Shown here piece by piece: positions 20,362-30,822 of a stretch of DNA of 64,000 nucleotides; position 1 is the stretch's first letter; every line of letters begins with the position of its first letter. A model generated the notes under the pieces. The model had not been told where the DNA came from, did not search any database, and was given only the letters and a program-made list of their open reading frames with translations. The DNA is from Synechococcus sp. (GTDB lineage: Bacteria > Cyanobacteriota > Cyanobacteriia > PCC-6307 > Cyanobiaceae), in NCBI GenBank assembly GCA_047285305.1, contig JBJBDL010000003.1:1856001-1920000 (forward strand), written 5' to 3'. Both the position numbers and the translations under genes were made by a program.

Positions 20362-20979
20362 ATGGACCAACGGCTTTTCTTCCCGGCCACGGAACGCAAC
20401 CGCGGCCCCATCGGAGATCTGCTGAAGCAGCTGTTGCCTGCCTCAGGAGCCGTACTAGAACTGGCCAGCGGCAGTGGTGAGCACGCCGTCTGCTTTCAGC
20501 AGCGCTTTCCCCATCTGCGCTGGCAGGCCAGCGATCCGGATCCAGACCATCGCGCCAGCATCAACGCCTGGATCCAGCACCAGGGTCTGAGCCAGGTGAT
20601 GCCAGCAGCCCTGAACCTCGATGTTGAACACCGCCCCTGGCCCCTGCCCCAGAACCTCCAAGGGGACGTGAATGCTGTTGTTTGCATCAACCTGCTGCAC
20701 ATCAGCCCAGTCAGCTGCACGGATGCCGTGCTGGAAGAATCCGCCCTGTTGCTGCCCTGCGGCGCCCCCTTGATCATTTATGGCCCATTCAGGCGCAATG
20801 GTGCTCACACGAGTGCAAGCAATGCCGTCTTCGACCAATCCCTAAGGGAACGCAACCACCAATGGGGATTGAGGGAGCTGAATCAAGTGAAAGCCATCGC
20901 CGCCAAGGCTGGCTTCAAAACCGAAAACGTGGTCTCCATGCCCGCTAACAATCTGACTTTGGTGTTTCAACGCGCTTGA
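20362..20979 (+). CDS. DUF938 SAM-dependent methyltransferase-like protein
   Basis: PATERNRGPI, LELASGSGEH, WQASD, YGPF, MPANN. Confidence 0.9.
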   Translation: MDQRLFFPATERNRGPIGDLLKQLLPASGAVLELASGSGEHAVCFQQRFPHLRWQASDPDPDHRASINAWIQHQGLSQVMPAALNLDVEHRPWPLPQNLQGDVNAVVCINLLHISPVSCTDAVLEESALLLPCGAPLIIYGPFRRNGAHTSASNAVFDQSLRERNHQWGLRELNQVKAIAAKAGFKTENVVSMPANNLTLVFQRA

Positions 20980-21044
20980 ACCCCATCTCGCTTGCAAGCT
21001 TCTGGGAGGCCACCGACAATCACGCGGTATCTCCGGTATGAGCG

Positions 21045-22070
21045 ATGGATCTGACTAATTTTTTAGCGAAGCTGCTGATCGGTTCTGCCATCACCCTGAC
21101 CCTGTCTTTCCTTTGTAAGACAGTTTTTCCTCGGTTCACGAAGCGAAGCAAAACCGACTTCGACGACTTTGTGCTCAACGCCCTCGCCGCTTCGGTGGTG
21201 CCCTTCGGCTTGGTGGTCACCTTGATCCTTGCTCAGGATGATTTGGGCTTGCCCAACAACATTGCAAGGGCCTACGACACATCGCTGCGCATTGTTGCCT
21301 CGATCATTCTGATTCGGTTGGTCAACCGAATCGGAGCGCGATTCCTTTTCGGATTGGTGCGCCGTGCAGGCGCGGATGATCTTCAACAACTCCTCCAAAG
21401 CCTGCTCCCGCTGCTGAAAACCGTGGTGTGGGCTATCGGCTCCTTGGTGCTGCTGCAGGGCCTGGGCGTGAAGATGACAGTGATCTGGGGTTTGCTCAGT
21501 GCCGGCGGCATCGGCATTGGCTTGGCCCTGAAAGAACCGGCCCAGGAATTGTTCGCTTACCTGATGATTCTTCTGGACAAGCCTTTCACCGTTGGGCAAT
21601 TCATCACGGTGGGCTCCACCTCAGCAACGGTGGAACGCATCGGTGTTCGCTCCACCCATCTGCGCAGCCTGCGCGGCGAACAAGTGGTGATGAGCAACTC
21701 ATCCCTTACAGGGTCCACCATCCTCAATTTCGCTGAAATGGCGCAACGCCGGATGATCTATTCGATTGGCGTCACCTACAGCACATCGGTCGAGCAGATG
21801 AAGGCAATCCCCCCGATGGTTCAGGCCGTGATCGAAGCTCAGGCCCACAGCAACTTCAACCGCTGCCACTTCACCGAATTTGCTGATTCAAGCTTGAATT
21901 TTGAACTGGTTTATTACATCGATACCCGAGATTTCACGGTCGCTCTGAACGAACAGCAAGCCATCAACCTCGGAATCATGGAGGCCTTCGCCCAAGAAGG
22001 CATCGACTTTGCCTTCCCGAGCAGGACGCTCTACTTGGAGGGAGATTCACTCGCCGGCAAAGCCTCCTGA
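21045..22070 (+). CDS. MscS-family mechanosensitive channel
   Basis: GIGIGLAL, DKPFTVG, VERIGVRST, GIDFAFP. Confidence 0.92.
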   Translation: MDLTNFLAKLLIGSAITLTLSFLCKTVFPRFTKRSKTDFDDFVLNALAASVVPFGLVVTLILAQDDLGLPNNIARAYDTSLRIVASIILIRLVNRIGARFLFGLVRRAGADDLQQLLQSLLPLLKTVVWAIGSLVLLQGLGVKMTVIWGLLSAGGIGIGLALKEPAQELFAYLMILLDKPFTVGQFITVGSTSATVERIGVRSTHLRSLRGEQVVMSNSSLTGSTILNFAEMAQRRMIYSIGVTYSTSVEQMKAIPPMVQAVIEAQAHSNFNRCHFTEFADSSLNFELVYYIDTRDFTVALNEQQAINLGIMEAFAQEGIDFAFPSRTLYLEGDSLAGKAS

Positions 22071-22345
22071 GCTGGCGGCACAGCAGAGCGCCAAACAACA
22101 CCACCGATCAAAAGGGCCAAGGCCGCCACAGCAGCGGTGAAGGGAATCAGGCGACGACGATCAGGACTGGGAGCAAGGGCGATCTGGCTGGAGATGTTGT
22201 CGCGTCGTGACGCCAGAAATGCCCCCTGCCGGCAGCGGGTGCACACCGTGTTGGTGACGCCTGCACTCTTCAACTTGAAGCCGTAACGACCCGGGATCTC
22301 AACGGGTGTTCCACAGCTGGAACAAGGGAGAGAAAAAACTGCCAT
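22031..22345 (-). CDS. Hypothetical protein with CxxC..CxxC and C-terminal TM
   Basis: CSSC and CTRC pairs. Confidence 0.6.
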   Translation of the reverse strand: MAVFSLPCSSCGTPVEIPGRYGFKLKSAGVTNTVCTRCRQGAFLASRRDNISSQIALAPSPDRRRLIPFTAAVAALALLIGGVVWRSAVPPAQEALPASESPSK

Positions 22346-22383
22346 GGGGAATCTGCCCTCAATTCAGATCTATCACCCCGGTT

Positions 22384-22788
22384 TCACTCCAATGGAACGT
22401 GACCCGTGGCACAAACAGAACCCCAGCAGAGGCTGTGGTCCGCCGTCCAGAAGGGTTGCACCTCCAGCCAGTCCTCGCCCTCACCAACCCGCATCATCAT
22501 CTGGCCGCTGCCGTCATGGACAAATTCGACGCGCTGCTGATTCCAGGTCAACACCCAGCGCTCTCCAGGACTGGAGGCCACCATCCGACAGGGACTCCAG
22601 GCCTGCCGCGCGATCCGGCAACACATCGAAGCCGCTGCTGATGAGCTTCCGTCTGCAGAGCTGCCAATCAGCAGCAGAGCAACGGTCCAGAGCTGAATGT
22701 GAAACACAGACACTGACTCGGCAGCACGCTGGCGAGAGGCCTCCTTTTCACCATGGGGCCGAGCGATCGTCACGCCGTAGAGGCGCAC
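22384..22788 (-). CDS. Hypothetical protein
   Basis: ORF divergent from purS; start uncertain. Confidence 0.55.
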   Translation of the reverse strand: MRLYGVTIARPHGEKEASRQRAAESVSVFHIQLWTVALLLIGSSADGSSSAAASMCCRIARQAWSPCRMVASSPGERWVLTWNQQRVEFVHDGSGQMMMRVGEGEDWLEVQPFWTADHSLCWGSVCATGHVPLE

Positions 22789-22843
22789 CGGATCTCTTCA
22801 GGGTTTGGTGTCTGTCAGGATTTGATCAGACCAGTTGCTGATC

Positions 22844-23098
22844 GTGCCGCGTTTTCAAGCCCGCGTCCTAGTGCGTCTGCGCCCCTCCGTACTCGATCCA
22901 GCCGGAGAAGCCGCGCGTGGTGCCGCTGAACGACTTGGGGTGGAAGGCCTCAGCAAGCTGCGGATCGGTAAAGCCGTGGAAATGGAGCTGGAGGCTCCTG
23001 ATGAGGCCGAGGCCCGCCGCAGGTTGGAACTGCTCAGTGATCGCTTGCTGGCCAACCCGGTGATCGAAGACTGGAGCCTGGAGTTGGAGCAGTCATGA
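22844..23098 (+). CDS. purS: FGAM synthase subunit PurS
   Basis: [20 protein letters not shown]. Confidence 0.95.
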   Translation: MPRFQARVLVRLRPSVLDPAGEAARGAAERLGVEGLSKLRIGKAVEMELEAPDEAEARRRLELLSDRLLANPVIEDWSLELEQS

Positions 23099-23745
23099 GC
23101 ATCGGGGTCATCGTTTTTCCCGGCTCCAACTGCGACCGGGATGTGCAATGGGCTACCGAGGGTTGCCTCGGGATGAGCACGCGCAGGGTCTGGCACGAGG
23201 AGACCGACCTCAGCGGCTTTGACGCCATCGTTCTGCCGGGCGGTTTCAGCTACGGCGACTACCTGCGTTGCGGCGCCATTGCACGCTTCGCACCAGCCCT
23301 GCAGTCCTTGATCCACTTTGCAGCCAAGGGGGGGCGCGTGCTCGGCATCTGCAACGGATTTCAGGTGCTCACAGAACTGGGCCTGCTCCCCGGTGCTCTC
23401 ACCCGGAATCGGGATCTGCACTTTATCTGTGAAAACGCACCCCTCAAGGTGGTGAGCCAGCGCACAGCCTGGATGCAGGGGTACAACGACGGGGCCCTGA
23501 CCCTGCCGATCGCCCACGGTGAAGGCCGCTATCAGTGCAGCGATGACACGCTCAAGCAGCTTCAGGACGACGACGCCATCGCCCTGAGCTACGGCAACAA
23601 CCCCAACGGGTCGGTGTCCGACATCGCTGGCATCACCAATGCCAGCGGCAGCGTTCTGGGTCTGATGCCCCACCCCGAGCGGGCCTGTGATCCGGCCACG
23701 GGAGGAACCGACGGCCGCCGCATGTTGGAAGCCCTGCTGGGCTGA
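23095..23745 (+). CDS. purQ: FGAM synthase subunit PurQ
   Basis: [31 protein letters not shown]. Confidence 0.97.
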   Translation: MSIGVIVFPGSNCDRDVQWATEGCLGMSTRRVWHEETDLSGFDAIVLPGGFSYGDYLRCGAIARFAPALQSLIHFAAKGGRVLGICNGFQVLTELGLLPGALTRNRDLHFICENAPLKVVSQRTAWMQGYNDGALTLPIAHGEGRYQCSDDTLKQLQDDDAIALSYGNNPNGSVSDIAGITNASGSVLGLMPHPERACDPATGGTDGRRMLEALLG

Positions 23746-24065
23746 TGCCAACCCGCCGGACGCTGCTGGGCTCAGGGGCATCCATGATCATCACGGCCCT
23801 GCTCTCCCCCAGGGCCATGGCGGCCCAGCGCAGGCCTGTTGCAGCAATTGGCGAGGGTGGCCTGCGGCCGCTTCAGCTGGACTGAAGACAACATCCTTCC
23901 CGGCGATTTCACGATGGACGAGATCCTGGAAGAACGCCTTGGCGATCTGGGCATTCCACTGGTGCTGAATCTGCCGCTGGGCCATGGATGCCTAACAAGG
24001 CCTTGCCCATGGGAGCGCAAGCACAACTGAACGGCAAGCACGGACTGCTCAGCCTGATGGCCTGA
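23745..24065 (+). pseudogene. LD-carboxypeptidase (S66) remnant with a large internal deletion
   Basis: Tat-like leader MPTRRTLLG.. joined out of frame to the C-terminus GLLQQL..GRFS..LGIPLVLNLPLGHG/PNKALPMGA. Confidence 0.75.
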
Positions 24066-24102
24066 TCAAAGAGTGACGCTGCTCACGATCGAGCAGCCCC
24101 AT

Positions 24103-24126
24103 AAAAAAAGGGGCCTCTCGGCCCCC
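24103..24126 (-). terminator. Intrinsic terminator of fba
   Basis: GGGGCC-GAGA-GGCCCC followed by a T run on the minus strand. Confidence 0.85.
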
Positions 24127-24152
24127 GGGGGTGGATCAATTGATCGTGATGA

Positions 24153-25226
24153 TCAGGCAGCGACGGCAGCCTTGGGATCAAGAGCACCCTTGGCGTAAAG
24201 GCCGGCGTAGTAAGTGATGCTCTGCTGCTGGATCTTGCTGGCGTTGCCGGCAGCCCAGAACTGCTGGTAACGGTCCAGGCAGACCTGCTTCATGTACTTG
24301 CGAGCAGGCTTGTTGAAGTGGCGGGGGTCGAAGTTTGAAGGATCGGCCATGGCCGCTTCACGCACAGCAGCAGTGAAGGCGAGACGGTTGTCGGTGTCGA
24401 TGTTCACCTTGCGCACACCGTTACGGATGCCTTCCTGGATTTCCTCGACGGGAACGCCGTAGGTCTCGGGGATAGCACCTCCGTGCTTGTTGATCATCTC
24501 AAGCCACTCCTGGGGGACGGAGGAGGAGCCGTGCATCACCAGGTGGGTGTTGGGGATGGCTTTGTGAATCTCAGCGATGCGGCTGATGGCCAGCACTTCA
24601 CCAGTGGGCTTGCGGGTGAATTTGTAAGCGCCGTGGCTGGTGCCGATGGCGATGGCCAGAGCGTCGCACTTGGTCTTAGCAACGAAGTCGGCAGCCTCAG
24701 CGGGATCGGTGAGCAGCATGTCCTTGGATAACTCGCCCTCGAAACCGTGGCCGTCCTCAGCTTCACCCTTGCCAGTTTCCAGGGAGCCCAGGCAACCCAA
24801 CTCACCCTCAACGCTCACACCCACGGAGTGGGCGAAGTCCACCACCTGCTTGGTGACGTTGACGTTGTAGTCGTAGCTGGCGGGAGTCTTGGCGTCGGCT
24901 TCCAGGGAACCGTCCATCATGACGGAGGTAAAGCCGTTGATGGCAGCGGAATAACAGGTGTCAGGGGCGTTGCCGTGGTCCTGGTGCATCACCACGGGGA
25001 TGTGGGGATAGGTCTCGGTCGCGGCCAGGATCAGGTGACGCAGGAAGATCTCACCGGCGTAGCTGCGGGCGCCGCGGGAGGCCTGGAGGATCACAGGGCT
25101 GTCGGTCTCGTCAGCCGCTTCCATGATGGCCTGGACCTGCTCCAGATTGTTCACGTTGAACGCAGGGATGCCGTAGCCGTTCTCGGCGGCGTGGTCGAGC
25201 AGGAGCCGAAGCGGAACGAGCGCCAT
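24153..25226 (-). CDS. fba: Class II fructose-bisphosphate aldolase
   Basis: [27 protein letters not shown]. Confidence 0.97.
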   Translation of the reverse strand: MALVPLRLLLDHAAENGYGIPAFNVNNLEQVQAIMEAADETDSPVILQASRGARSYAGEIFLRHLILAATETYPHIPVVMHQDHGNAPDTCYSAAINGFTSVMMDGSLEADAKTPASYDYNVNVTKQVVDFAHSVGVSVEGELGCLGSLETGKGEAEDGHGFEGELSKDMLLTDPAEAADFVAKTKCDALAIAIGTSHGAYKFTRKPTGEVLAISRIAEIHKAIPNTHLVMHGSSSVPQEWLEMINKHGGAIPETYGVPVEEIQEGIRNGVRKVNIDTDNRLAFTAAVREAAMADPSNFDPRHFNKPARKYMKQVCLDRYQQFWAAGNASKIQQQSITYYAGLYAKGALDPKAAVAA

Positions 25227-25286
25227 GGGTAAATCCTCGGAGGGTTGGGGTCGTCAAAGACGAATCGCCGGCAATTTTACCGCGTG

Positions 25287-26369
25287 TTACGCAAGATCCA
25301 ATGTGCTGCCTGCTGCTTGATCGCAGGCCACACGACTGGCCACGCCCTCGGCGAGTCCAGGCAGCATCGGTTGCCCACGGCGAATGCTCTCGGCCCACCA
25401 GCCCAGCACCCTGGCCACAGGGGCGATGCGGCCATCCGCCCAGGTTTCAGCGAAGGCGAAGTCGGCATCGGCTTCCACAGCGCGGAAGGGCTCACCGAGC
25501 GGGGCGTGCTGCAGCTCAAAGCCATGGACGTAATCCTTCTGATTGGTGCTGCTGAGCAGCAGCGATCCCGAGGACCCCACCACATCCAGGCAGAACCCGC
25601 GACCGTTGCGCGACACGGAACTGAGGCTGACCTGTGCCGGCACCGGCAGGTCTTGCCTTCCCTGCCAATGGGCAACGGTCTGCAGCAGCGACACATCGGG
25701 GGCATCCACGGCAACCAGACCACCATCGGTGTGAGGGCGTTGCTTGATCGAAACACTGTTCAAGGCCTGGACGGCCCCCAGGGGACCGATCAGCCAGGCC
25801 AGCATGTCAGTGGCATGGGTTCCGAGGGCTCCGATCACGCCGCCGCCTTGATCCGCCTGGGCATACCAGTTCCAGCCGCGCTGGGGATCGGCACGGCTGC
25901 CCATCAACCAGTCGAGCTTCACCAGCCAGGGGGTTCCGACAGCACCGGCCTGCAAAAGGCGTGCGGCCTGCATGAACAGGGGAACGGCTCGGTACTCGTA
26001 ATCCACAGCCACCGATAGTCCCCGTGCCAGGGCCAGCCGCTGCAGCTCCCGGGCTTGGTCGGCATGCAGCGCGATGGGCTTCTCCAGCAGCAGGTGCTTG
26101 CCCGCCTCCAGAGCCCGACGGGCCAGGTCAAAGCGGGGTGCTGGGGGGGTGGCGATGATCACCGCGTCCACCGCGGGATTGGCCAACAGAGCATCCCAGT
26201 CGCTGAATCCCTTCAAGCCATGGGCGACCGTGGCGGCATCCAAGCGCTCCTGACGCGGGTGCCAAAGCGCCACTGCCTCAAGATCAGTCGCTGCAGCAAG
26301 GGCCGGGAGGTGCACCTTCTCCCCGAAGCCGAGACCGGCTACGGCAACACCTAGAGGTTGTGGGGACAT
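25287..26369 (-). CDS. Gfo/Idh/MocA-family oxidoreductase
   Basis: GLGFG, IIATPP, HLLLEKP. Confidence 0.9.
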   Translation of the reverse strand: MSPQPLGVAVAGLGFGEKVHLPALAAATDLEAVALWHPRQERLDAATVAHGLKGFSDWDALLANPAVDAVIIATPPAPRFDLARRALEAGKHLLLEKPIALHADQARELQRLALARGLSVAVDYEYRAVPLFMQAARLLQAGAVGTPWLVKLDWLMGSRADPQRGWNWYAQADQGGGVIGALGTHATDMLAWLIGPLGAVQALNSVSIKQRPHTDGGLVAVDAPDVSLLQTVAHWQGRQDLPVPAQVSLSSVSRNGRGFCLDVVGSSGSLLLSSTNQKDYVHGFELQHAPLGEPFRAVEADADFAFAETWADGRIAPVARVLGWWAESIRRGQPMLPGLAEGVASRVACDQAAGSTLDLA

Positions 26370-26370
26370 C

Positions 26371-26742
26371 TCAGCTGGAGAGGGGTTCGGTGCAGACAGC
26401 CTCAATCACGGAGGTGATCAGCCCGTCATCCCCGGCAGACTGCCATTGGGCACGAAAACGCGGCAAACCATTCACCTGTTTGTCGCGATACAGCTCCTGG
26501 GAGCAGTCCAGCTGCATCACGTAGAGCTCGCCGGAGGGCTGATCTCCATCTTCAGTGGCCGCTGCGGTGAACCGGCTGAGCACGGTTCGGTATCCATCCC
26601 GATCGATGCGCACACTGCCGCGATCCCACCACTGCTGGCCCACATCGGTGGCAGGCACCTCAATCCATTCCACGGGGCCCGCCAGCACGGGAGCGACCCA
26701 GCAGACCAAGGCCAAGATCAGAACACAACCACCTCTGATCAT
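26371..26742 (-). CDS. Conserved exported protein
   Basis: Signal peptide; located between accD and the oxidoreductase. Confidence 0.75.
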   Translation of the reverse strand: MIRGGCVLILALVCWVAPVLAGPVEWIEVPATDVGQQWWDRGSVRIDRDGYRTVLSRFTAAATEDGDQPSGELYVMQLDCSQELYRDKQVNGLPRFRAQWQSAGDDGLITSVIEAVCTEPLSS

Positions 26743-27620
26743 GCGCTGGTGAGCTCCATAGGTTTGCAGCCGTGCAGGCGCAGAAGATTGGCCAGGGTGG
26801 AGCGCAGCTGGGTGCGAGGAACGATCGTGTCCACGAAGCCGTGATCCTGCAGATATTCAGCCGTCTGGAAATTGTCAGGAAGCTTCTCCCTCAGGGTCTG
26901 CTCGATCACCCGGCGCCCAGCAAAACCAATCAAGGCCTTCGGTTCCGCCAGGATCAAGTCGCCCAGCATGGCGAAACTGGCGGTCACACCCCCCGTGGTG
27001 GGGTGGGTGAGCAAGGGCATGTAGAGCAGCTCGGCTTCGCGGTGACGTTCCAGCGCGCCGGAGATTTTCGCCATCTGCATGAGGCTGAGCATTCCCTCCT
27101 GCATCCGGGCACCGCCGGAGGCACAAACGATCAGCAGCGGCAGCTTGCGGGCGGTGGACTCCTCGATCAGACGGGTGATTTTCTCCCCAACCACCGAGCC
27201 CATCGATCCACCCATGAAGCGAAAGTCCATAGCTGCCAGGCCCATGGGGATGCCTTCCACCCGGCAGAGCCCTGTGACCACACCATCCCGCAGCCCCGTC
27301 GAAGCCTGACTTTCGCGCAGCCGGTCGGCATAGGCGCGCCGGTCTTTGAATCCGAGGGGGTCCACCGGTGACAGATCCGCATTCAGCACCTGGAAGCTGT
27401 CGGGATCCGCAATGAGTGCGATGCGCTCAGCACTGTCGATCCGGTGGTGATGGCCGCAGTTGGCGCAAACACTGGCATTGAGTTTCAGGTCTTTGAGATA
27501 GACGACCTGACCACATTCAGGACATTTGCTCCACAGACCATCGCCTTCATCGGGTTCCTGCTTGACGTTGGCGACGTACTGACCCTTGCGGCGATCAGCA
27601 AACCAATCGAACAGAGACAC
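26739..27620 (-). CDS. accD: Acetyl-CoA carboxylase carboxyltransferase beta subunit
   Basis: C4 zinc finger, [16 protein letters not shown]. Confidence 0.97.
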   Translation of the reverse strand: MSLFDWFADRRKGQYVANVKQEPDEGDGLWSKCPECGQVVYLKDLKLNASVCANCGHHHRIDSAERIALIADPDSFQVLNADLSPVDPLGFKDRRAYADRLRESQASTGLRDGVVTGLCRVEGIPMGLAAMDFRFMGGSMGSVVGEKITRLIEESTARKLPLLIVCASGGARMQEGMLSLMQMAKISGALERHREAELLYMPLLTHPTTGGVTASFAMLGDLILAEPKALIGFAGRRVIEQTLREKLPDNFQTAEYLQDHGFVDTIVPRTQLRSTLANLLRLHGCKPMELTSA

Positions 27621-27729
27621 ACAGGGCTGTCAGCTCACACCATTAAAAGCCGGCCCGGTGAAAGGCGCTTGGGAATCAAGCACTCAACAGCATCAACCAG
27701 GTGCTCCACCACAACTGCGGACCGGTCAA

Positions 27730-28407
27730 CTAGACCAACCAAATGCCCATAGCAATGAAGGGACCGAAGGAGAACGGTTCCCTAGGGCCCAACCGGCCAC
27801 TGAGGCGAGCAGTGCTTCCGGCCAAGGCTCCCGAAACAACCGCCAGGGACATCGCCGCTGCATGCCCCCGAGGTCTAGCCATGCCCCACCCAGCGCCGCC
27901 AACTTGCCATCGCCAAGGCCAAGCGCAGGCTTTCCCAACAACCGTGCAGCAATGACACTGAGACTTTCCAACAGCAGCAAGACCAGCACTACCCCCCAGC
28001 GGCACAGGGGCTCCGGCAACCAAAGGTGATCCAGATCGATCAACACCAGCAGCAACAGCAGCGCGATCAGGGGGAGACCAGCCCAGGGGAGCCAAAGATC
28101 AGGCAACTCCCCGCTAGCACCAGGCCACACCAACATTGCCGAGATCCAGAGGCCGGCACTCAGGGCCTCCACGGCGGGGTAACGCCAGCTGATCGCTGCA
28201 TCACAGTCGCGGCAGCGCCCCCTCAGCAGCAACCAACCCGGTACCGGGAGATTGTCATTCCCGCGGATGGCGTGGCCGCATCTGGGGCAGTGGCTGCCGG
28301 GGGAAGACCATCGATTCCTAGCGGGCCAAGCGCCAGGCCAGCACGTTGGTGAAGCTGCTGACACAAACGCCCAGCAGGCCGGTCCAAACCAGGATCAACC
28401 CTTCCAT
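27730..28407 (-). pseudogene. pilD: Prepilin peptidase pseudogene
   Basis: SFTNVLAWRL, SHCPRC..RGRCRDC, ISWRYP, IDLDH and LGLGDGKL motifs with an early TAG and frameshifts. Confidence 0.88.
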
Positions 28408-28697
28408 CGGGTCCGACCACGGCTCGTGCGCCCCCGTATCAGATCGATGGCAAGGAACTCTTCGTCCGGCAAAAGAACAGGGGTCTCGAAGACCACGCGG
28501 CCATCGGGTTCCTGCGGATCCACCACCACGCCAAGGGGCTCCTGCCCCGCAGGGGTGCTGGAGAGATAGGCGAAATAAACGCGACGGGCCTGGGCGATCA
28601 GCGATCGGCTGTCAATGCGATCCCAACGGGGAGACGAAGGCGCCCCCGAGGCTCCACTGATTTCAAAGGAGGGCGTTGACAAAGAAATAGAGCCCAC
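28395..28697 (-). CDS. Conserved hypothetical protein
   Basis: ARRVYFAYL, GRVVFETPVLLPDE. Confidence 0.7.
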   Translation of the reverse strand: MGSISLSTPSFEISGASGAPSSPRWDRIDSRSLIAQARRVYFAYLSSTPAGQEPLGVVVDPQEPDGRVVFETPVLLPDEEFLAIDLIRGRTSRGRTRWKG

Positions 28698-28749
28698 CTG
28701 ATCACTCAGATGGGCCCATTGTAGAGACGATTGTTGGCAGGAGAAACAA

Positions 28750-29652
28750 TCAGCTGAGCTTGTTCTTCTCTTCGATCATGCGGTGAATGATCGGCGTGAG
28801 AATGAGTTCCATGGCGAAGCCCATCTTGCCGCCGTTCACCACGATGCTGGTGGGGCTGGACATGAAGGAATCGTGGATCATGTTCAGCAGATAACCGAAG
28901 TCGATCCCCCACTTCTCGCGAGCACCCTTCCGGAAGTGGATGATTACGAAGCTTTCGTCCGGGGTCGGGATGTTCCGGCAGATGAAAGGGTTGGAGGTGT
29001 CCACGGTGGGAACCCTCTGGAAGTTGATGTCGGTCTGGCTGAACTGCGGGCAGATGTGATTGATGTAATCGGGCATCCGGCGCAGGATCGTGTCAACGAT
29101 TGCCTCAGCGGAATAACCACGCTCAGCGTTGTCGCGGTGGATCTTCTGAATCCACTCGAGGTTGGTGATCGGCACCACACCCACCAGGAGATCGGCCAGG
29201 GCGGCCACGTCGTAGCTCTCGCCCTTCACACCGCCGTGAAGGCCTTCGTAGAACAGCACGTCAGTGCCTGAAGGGATGTCTTCCCAAGGCGTGAACTGAC
29301 CCGGCTCGAGGTTGACGCCAAGACGGGCGTTGTGTTCTGCAGCTTCTTCGACGCTGTGGAGGTAGTAGCGCTTCTGACCAGCACCGGTTTCGCCGTAGGT
29401 GCGGAACAGTTCCTCGAGCTTGTCGAAGAGGTTGGCCTCAGGGCCGAAGTGGGAGAAGTTCTCACCCTTGGCCAGGGCATCAGCCATGGCCTGTTTCATG
29501 GGCATCCGCTCGTAGCGGTGGTAGCTGTCGCCTTCCACCACTGCAGGGGTAATGCCTTCCCTCGCAAAGATGTGCTCGAAGGCGCGCTTGACGGTGCTGG
29601 TTCCAGCTCCGGAAGAACCGGTAACAGCGACAACCGGATGACGCTTCGACAT
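28750..29652 (-). CDS. prk: Phosphoribulokinase (proteobacterial type)
   Basis: VTGSSGAGT, YEGLHG, FQRVPTVDTSNPF. Confidence 0.96.
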   Translation of the reverse strand: MSKRHPVVAVTGSSGAGTSTVKRAFEHIFAREGITPAVVEGDSYHRYERMPMKQAMADALAKGENFSHFGPEANLFDKLEELFRTYGETGAGQKRYYLHSVEEAAEHNARLGVNLEPGQFTPWEDIPSGTDVLFYEGLHGGVKGESYDVAALADLLVGVVPITNLEWIQKIHRDNAERGYSAEAIVDTILRRMPDYINHICPQFSQTDINFQRVPTVDTSNPFICRNIPTPDESFVIIHFRKGAREKWGIDFGYLLNMIHDSFMSSPTSIVVNGGKMGFAMELILTPIIHRMIEEKNKLS

Positions 29653-29716
29653 CGACGCAGGGACTACTGGCCCGGCGATCCTGCCAGATCAGGGCCCAAT
29701 TGCACCAATCTCTGGC

Positions 29717-30790
29717 TTAAAGAGCTTTGAGCAATTGCTCACCCATGGCGCGACAACCCAGCTGTGTGCAGCCTTCTGCCATCAGATCACCGGTGCGGAA
29801 GCCACCGGCCAGAACAGCATCCACAGCGGCCTCAAGATCATCGGCAGCCGCGGCCTGTTTGAGGCCGATGCGCAGCATCATTGCGGCCGACAGCACCATG
29901 GCCATGGGATTGGCCTTGTCCTGACCGGCGATGTCGGGGGCTGAACCGTGCACAGGCTCAAACAGACCAGGGCCCTCACTACCGAGGGAGGCCGAGGGCA
30001 GCATGCCGATGGAGCCGGTGAGCATCGCCGCCTCATCGCTGAGGATGTCGCCGAAGAGGTTGCCGGTGAGCAGCACATCGAACTGGCGCGGATCACGCAC
30101 CAGCTGCATCGCCGCATTGTCCACATACATGTGGCTCACCTCCACAGCGCCGTAACTGGGCGCCATGGCATCCACGCGGTCTCGCCAGAGCTGGCTCACA
30201 TCCAGCACATTCGCCTTGTCCACCGAGCAGAGCCGGCCCCGACGCTCCTCGGCGATCTCAAAGGCCACCTTCGCGATCCGATCCACCTCCGAGGCGGAGT
30301 AGGTCATGGTGTTGAAGCCGCGCTCGTCTGCATCGGTCTGAATGCGTCCCTTGGGCTGACCGAAGTAGATCCCCCCGGTGAGTTCCCGCACCACCATCAG
30401 GTCCACCCCCTCGATCACCTCACGCTTGAGGCTGCTGGCATCGATGAGGGCCGGAACAATCTTGACCGGCCGCAGATTGGCAAACAGCTCCATGCCAGCA
30501 CGCAAGCCGAGCAGGCCGGTTTCGGGCCGTTTCTCGCGCGGGAGGCTGTCGAAGCGGGGGCTGCCGATGGCGGCCAGCAACACCGCATCGGCTGCCTTGC
30601 AGGCTTCGAGGGTGCTGGCAGGCAGTGGCTCACCGGTGGCATCTATGCCGCTGCCGCCGATGGGCTGCTCCTCAAAGCTCAGCGAAAAGCCGTGGCGCTG
30701 GCTCACCACCTCCAGCAGCTGGCGGGCGACAGCAGTGATCTCAGGGCCGATGCCATCACCGGACAGGAGAACAACGCGGTGCTGAGCCAT
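29717..30790 (-). CDS. leuB: 3-isopropylmalate dehydrogenase
   Basis: GDGIGPE, RELTGGIYFG, NLFGDILSD, EPVHGSAPDIAG. Confidence 0.97.
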   Translation of the reverse strand: MAQHRVVLLSGDGIGPEITAVARQLLEVVSQRHGFSLSFEEQPIGGSGIDATGEPLPASTLEACKAADAVLLAAIGSPRFDSLPREKRPETGLLGLRAGMELFANLRPVKIVPALIDASSLKREVIEGVDLMVVRELTGGIYFGQPKGRIQTDADERGFNTMTYSASEVDRIAKVAFEIAEERRGRLCSVDKANVLDVSQLWRDRVDAMAPSYGAVEVSHMYVDNAAMQLVRDPRQFDVLLTGNLFGDILSDEAAMLTGSIGMLPSASLGSEGPGLFEPVHGSAPDIAGQDKANPMAMVLSAAMMLRIGLKQAAAADDLEAAVDAVLAGGFRTGDLMAEGCTQLGCRAMGEQLLKAL

Positions 30791-30822
30791 GACGATGCGG
30801 TGCGGCAGGTCGACCGCTGAGG

